Below are positions 55,529 through 64,000 of a stretch of 64,000 bases of DNA, piece after piece. The position numbers and the translations under genes are program-made. Each line of letters begins with the position of its first letter. Position 1 is the stretch's first letter. Where the stretch lies: NCBI RefSeq assembly GCF_009914755.1, contig NC_060928.1. One strand, given 5' to 3'. The notes under the pieces were generated by a model. The model was not told where the DNA came from, made no database searches, and was given only the letters and a program-made list of their open reading frames with translations. The stretch is from the human T2T-CHM13v2.0 reference genome, Homo sapiens.

Positions 55529-55691
55529 TGTTACACACACATACACACCGCTACACACACACACATGTATTGTGAATTCAGATGGTCCCTTACCCCAATA
55601 TTCCTGCCTTCGATGTGTGTTACACACACACACACACACGTATTGTGAATGCAAATGGTCCTTTACCCCAATATTCCTGCCTTCGATGTGT
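55529..55691. repeat. Two-copy tandem duplication (~73-bp period) of (CA)n + 52-bp unique core
   Basis: Cores 55567-55618 and 55640-55691, 3 mismatches. Confidence 0.9.
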
Positions 55692-56703
55692 TCATAGCAG
55701 ATGATCAGGAGCGTCCCCCATGGCTTCTGTCTCTTCTACAAAATAGATCATCCTTGTTCCAGTGCTTATATGGATCCGACTACCCTGTCCTGCCTCAAAA
55801 TGGTCATTTTATTTCTTTGTCTTCAAACACCTCTCTATACTATACTTCTTCTTGGCCCAATGACTGTAAGCTTTAGAATCCCCTTGAATCTCTGCAGTAG
55901 AATAATTCTAACAGCTTATCTGGAGACTACTGTTTTTTGCCCCTGCAAGGTCTCAGTGTAAAAGAAAGACAGGCTGGTGATACATCTTCCACTGTTTTTT
56001 CAAAGAAAACATGCTAAGAGTTATGTCTACTTGCTCAGGGGTAGGGTGTTTGGGGGAAAAAATTATATATGTTTCCAAAGAGTTGTTGTCCAAGAAATAT
56101 GGGGATTAGATTGAGGTATTTCAATCAAACATACTTACAACACTTTTGTATTACTTGAATTTTTCATGTGGCATACAAACACGCATATACACACATATAC
56201 ATTGTATCTAAAAAGTATATAATTATGTTTGACAAAAGTGGTAGCCTAAAAATTGGAAGAAAGACAAACCAAACTCTGAAGCCTTTAGAAGGCAGAAAGG
56301 AAAATATTTGTAACCAAGAAGCAGTCCTTGGTGATTGTAGTGGGGAGTCTGTCTCCCTCAAACCCACGATCCTGCCCCGCACAGCCTGTGAGAGCCATGT
56401 ATGACCAGTGGGCTGAAGGCTGAGTCCATTGTCTGCTCTTTATCAGATACGGAGGGAGAAGGGCATTCCCACAGCCAGCAAGATGTGTTTATAGCATCCC
56501 AAATTCAAATCCCCACCCGCAAAGCCCTCCCTGCACCTAAGAGCAGAAGTGCATTCCTTGAGTTTTGCAGGAATAGCCTGAAACCTGACCACCCAGCAGG
56601 ACCAGTCTGGGACCTGCTGACCCATCCCAAGGGCTAACTTGGTGCCCTTTCAAAATGATAGGCAAACATTCACTCAGCCTTGTGATGAAAGAGATACTGA
56701 GGA

Positions 56704-57121
<418 letters not shown>

Positions 57122-57547
57122 TCAAACAGCAGTTAAAAGGCTTTCTTGATACTGGAACCTTCTCCTGGCAGGGAAGTACCTTGGAGTGGGAGGAAGGCGG
57201 TAGGCTGTAACTCCACCTGTATGCATGTCTTCAGGCGGCCATAATGAGCTTCCACAGACTGGATTGCTTACACAACAGAAACTGATTTTCTCATCATTCT
57301 GGAGGCTAGAAGTTCAAGATGGAAGTGCTGACAGGGTGGGTTTCTGATGAGGCCTCGCTTCTGGGCTTGTAAACAGTCACCTTCTCACTGTTTCTTCAAA
57401 TGAGTTTTCTTCTATCTGCTCATAGGGAGAGAGAATGAGCTGCCTGGTATCATTTTCTTCTTGTAAGGATGGCAGTCCGTCAGGATGGGATCCACACAAT
57501 CTCACTCAACCTCAATCACCTCCCTAAAGTCCCTCTTTCCAAATATA

Positions 57548-59092
<1,545 letters not shown>

Positions 59093-59567
59093 TACAGTCA
59101 CATTTGGGGGTTAGGGCTTCAAAATACGAATTTGAGGGGGACACAGTTGAACCCGAAACACCACCTCAAGGAACTTATATCAAAGTATTTCTTCTTGTTT
59201 TGTTTTTCATTCACAGGACTCTCCCTGTGAAAAGTTATCTAAATTCCACTTTCTCCTTTCATTGTATTTCTGTGGATGTTTTTGAAGTGCTTACATTTTA
59301 GCACCTGAGACAGATATTCACGGACTCCCTCCTTAATCTAGTTAGGTTTCAACAAGCGTCATAGAGCATTTTAGAACCAAACTCAGGGTAGTTAATCCTA
59401 GAATAGTTTTATCTGAACATACCTATTCTTGGTGTCTTTTGTCTTGGAGCTATGAAGATTTTGAGAGCACATTTCCATTCCCCCTAGGCTTCTTAACCCT
59501 AATAGGCCACTTACTAATTCATATACATATTTCAGCCAGTCATTGAATTCCTTGACATTGCAGGTGA

Positions 59568-59941
<374 letters not shown>

Positions 59942-61125
59942 CTCAAACTTGTCTTCAACTTCCCCCAGGGGCATGTGACTCCAGCAAGATTAAGACCCAG
60001 TGCTCTTCATCATTTATGACAAAGGAAAGCACTGATAGGAATGCTTTTCTGTAGTGCATTTGTTTTCTAACATAAAACGATCCCTTCATAAGGAGAGCAT
60101 CATCTTCTTATCTGTGACTTCGCAGAATGCAAACGTTTATATTTCTTATTTATTATAGGGCAACCTAGAATTTTAAAGTGACACTTTGTTTCTTTATTTT
60201 TACCTCTCTTTTTCACATTCTTCAATATTTTAGTAGCCAACTTATGTTTAGAAAAATTAAGGAATAATTTAATTTTTCAGGAATTCTGAATACGATTTAT
60301 GGCAACTATTCATATACTCATAACTATTTTCACATGGGACTTTGAGCTTTTTGTTCAGTTTTTAAGCCAGACAAATAAATAATTAGCAAAGAATTGATAA
60401 TTGAGCCAAAACTTTAGCAGTAACAAGGAAATGACAATAGTGTTAATCCTATAATGACAATGACTAAAAAAAAAAAAAAAAAGGTATTTTTTCATGGTAA
60501 ACCTTTTAAAACTTTATTGTGGATATGGGATCTGTTACCGTTGCCTCTTTTTAAGTTCTCAATTTAAAACAATGAGCTAATTTTCATAAATAAAATTATT
60601 CGTGTAGTCTTTGTGGATATTCTGTCCATTTTGGCGCCCCTGGACCATGTTTGACATTGACTCAGTGTGTAAGTCCCTGAGATGCCCTCAGTTCTTCATC
60701 TGCAGTGGCTATTGATTCTTTTCTGCCTCCCTTCTGTTCAACCTCAAATGTAATACTACCCTGAATACACAAATCACAGGGCTCCGAGGACTCAGAGAGC
60801 TGTAGGTGAATTAGGACATTATGCAATCACGCAAACATAATTGTAGCATCAAAGGAAAACATTCTTCCCTCATCATGGGATTATAAATCCATGCCTAGAC
60901 TCACCGTGCCTTTTGTAACTGAGATTAATCATTGGCAACTCAAAGCATTTTATTCTTGCAAGATATTCCCAGTATATATTCATAGCAATATCTAATAGCA
61001 AGAGAACATTTTTAAAAAGTAGTAATGAATGCTACATATTTGCAAGGATCATTTCGATCCTCAGATAGGCAAAATTGATTGCCTGATGCTTTGTCTCCAT
61101 AACAATGTCCTTTTTTTCCCCTCAG

Positions 61126-61269
61126 GATGTTGAGAAGCAATCGAATAACCTGTGTGGGGAATGACAGTTTCATAGGACTCAGTTCTGTGCGTTTGCTTTC
61201 TTTGTATGATAATCAAATTACTACAGTTGCACCAGGGGCATTTGATACTCTCCATTCTTTATCTACTCT
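61126..61269 (+). CDS. SLIT2: SLIT2 exon 19 (144 bp, two LRRs: [47 protein letters not shown])
   Basis: cctcag|GATGTTG...ACTCT|gtaagt; phase 2-2. Confidence 0.96.
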
Positions 61270-61682
61270 GTAAGTATGAAAAATAGCCCTTATGTATTAC
61301 TTGAGCCATTTATTATATTTGTTAATGTATTTAATATATTATTAAGCATTTCATTAAAATGTGATCAAGGGTTTTAGGACTTAAAAAAGGACAAACTTGT
61401 TCACATCAAATTTATTTAAATTTTTTAAAAAATATTACCTACTATCTTAGATTAAATTTTAACAAAAAATTATAGTATTGTTCAGTGAATTATTTTTCAT
61501 AGTGATATGATCAATAATGTAGCTTAATTCCAAATTTTAGAATTATTATAACTTGATAGTGCTGCATATAAAAGAAATGTTATAGATTTTTGCCAGTGTT
61601 CTCACATTGGAGTATTTTCAGTATAAGTATTATAAAAGGAGAATTGATAGAGTTATTGCCAACAAACTTGCTCAAAAGGATC

Positions 61683-61988
<306 letters not shown>

Positions 61989-63133
61989 TCATTTGAAATG
62001 ACAGTAGATATATTAGGATGACCAGATCAAAAATAAAAGCTGTTTACTAGAGGGGGTCTACTATGATATTAGCAAAATATTGAAGAAATAGGTTGAGCTG
62101 ATCCAAGAGAATATTTTTTGTAGACAGCTTAAAAATAAAGAGTATTTGTAGGCCTATAGACAGAATTCAAGAAAAGTAAATAAATAAATAAATAAAATTT
62201 AAAAGTAAAAAAAGCCACACACCTCCAAACAATGTATTTCAGGTCTCTTATATGTCAGTATCTAAAAAGCAGCATTTGAAATTATTAATTATCTAACTGA
62301 TAAGATTTCTCAGTAACGGTGGCATGCAAATCTACTAATCTAACTTAAAAGGAGGGGAATAAAGATAGAGAAAAAAGTTCATAGCTCAAGTCAGTGAAGA
62401 AATAATTTGAGAGAAGCATCCATCCATCAGGAAAGTACTTAATCCTCTTTTTGCATAAAATGTGACATTTTACATCGAGTGGCTAATTTGCACATATTAA
62501 AGATGGCATGTTTATAAATAATGAGATTGTCAATAGGTTTATGCTGAAGTGGTGAGATGCCAGAAGTATTGAAATTTGTAGAAGTAAATTCATTTTTATA
62601 ACTGGCATTTAATCAACTCAGCTGTCAGTTTAGATGGGAAACCTATTCTCTAGAGCAAATAAGAGATGGAAATCTTGAGATGACAAATTAATGAATTAGC
62701 TGTTGTCAGGTTAAACTCAATAATATAAGGTAATCAGCCTTCATCTTTATATTAAATTACTGCATTATCAGTGCGAAGTTTGACAGCAAGTCAGATTTCT
62801 GACAAGTTTAAATTATTTCTAAATGAAATATCTATCAGGATCCACTGTATAAACCCCAAATTCTACCTTACCTTATTTTTTGCATGAAATCATGTGAAGA
62901 ATTACCTTATGTAAAAGTGTTGTTACTGCTTAAGTTCCAAGCATAAATATTTTATCAAAAAAAAAATGCATCTCATATACTGCATGTGATTCTGAGTAAG
63001 AATGGGGACAGGGAATGCAAAGAAGAAGGAATCATTCCAGCGGAAATAGCGTGGAGAAGGGTAGCTGGGGTTTAGAGAAGGAAGAAGATGAAACCCCAGG
63101 CTAAACTGTGCATCGTTTGCCTGTGGCTCTTAG

Positions 63134-63300
63134 AAACCTCTTGGCCAATCCTTTTAACTGTAACTGCTACCTGGCTTGGTTGGGAGAGTGGCTGAGAAAG
63201 AAGAGAATTGTCACGGGAAATCCTAGATGTCAAAAACCATACTTCCTGAAAGAAATACCCATCCAGGATGTGGCCATTCAGGACTTCACTTGTGATGACG
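63134..63300 (+). CDS. SLIT2: SLIT2 exon 20 (167 bp, LRRCT of domain 3: [55 protein letters not shown])
   Basis: tcttag|AAACCTC...TGACG|gtaaga; ORF 63108..63326. Confidence 0.97.
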
Positions 63301-64000
63301 GTAAGAAATACTTATCAACTCTTTGATTGTCAGGCATTCACATGCCTGTTCTGATGCAGCTTTGCACAAATCTACAGCATAGTTCAGCTCAGCAAATAAT
63401 GATCGTGTATCTTTTGCTTTGTCGTTTGGGTTTTGTTTTAGTGCCAGGACACTTACTTTCTTAGACTTGCCTTCCACATTTGAGTCTACTTGATGTGCAT
63501 TTCTGAATGTTTTAGATTTTCTAGTTTCCAACTTGTGGTTGGTCTTACTTATATAGCTTCATTTTAACTTTTCTTTATTACCCTAGGCATGTTTTTTAGT
63601 ACCTACCATTTTCAAAGGAGAAAAGAAATTAACTTACAGAAGTTTTAGTAAATCTGACAAAAATACTAGTTGTCACTTTTTAATGCTCTTTCTATATCAT
63701 CACATTTGATTCTCATATAGCCCTATCAGGTACATAGAACAAGTTCTATTATTATTGCCAATGAACGGAGAGCTAATTTGAGCTTTATAAATGAGGAACC
63801 TAAACTTTTAAGTTAATATATTCCCTTATGTCTCTTCATATCTGTTTCCGTGCCGTTTCTCTGTAATTCACTTTACATTTACATATTGTAATTAAAAATA
63901 TAATTTGTACAAATAACTATTTTCCATTGTATTGGTAATTGTAATTACAGTTTACAAATTGCAAGCCATTTTCCAGAATTCTTCCCTAGGCAGTCTGAAA

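Noticed and set aside
55529-55691. Repeat-spacer appearance (CRISPR-like)
   Set aside because: Two copies only, the 'spacer' is a CA microsatellite, eukaryotic intron, no cas genes

Overview
Eukaryotic (primate, most likely human) genomic DNA: an AT-rich, Alu-containing 64-kb internal part of SLIT2 on the + strand. Fifteen GT-AG coding exons (exons 6-20 in the usual human numbering, recalled from memory) splice into one open frame. They encode the end of LRR domain 1, all of LRR domains 2 and 3, and the known 24-nt alternative exon 15 (AKEQYFIP). There is also a 12-nt microexon (DEEE) with a GC donor and the intronic miR-218-1 hairpin. The rest is intron with about 19 Alus, L1/L2/MIR fragments, MER44, a nested MLT1>Tigger3>Alu structure and microsatellites. 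There are no CRISPR arrays, rRNA/tRNA genes or prokaryotic systems, and almost all ORF-track entries are spurious. Most notable observations: (1) a 283-bp degenerate copy of exon13-intron13-exon14 inside intron 12 that keeps both splice sites and has patchwork junctions; (2) a candidate in-frame 18-nt microexon just upstream of miR-218-1; (3) a candidate internal promoter and in-frame alternative first exon just upstream of exon 6. Repeat subfamily calls and boundaries of old repeats are by eye and approximate.
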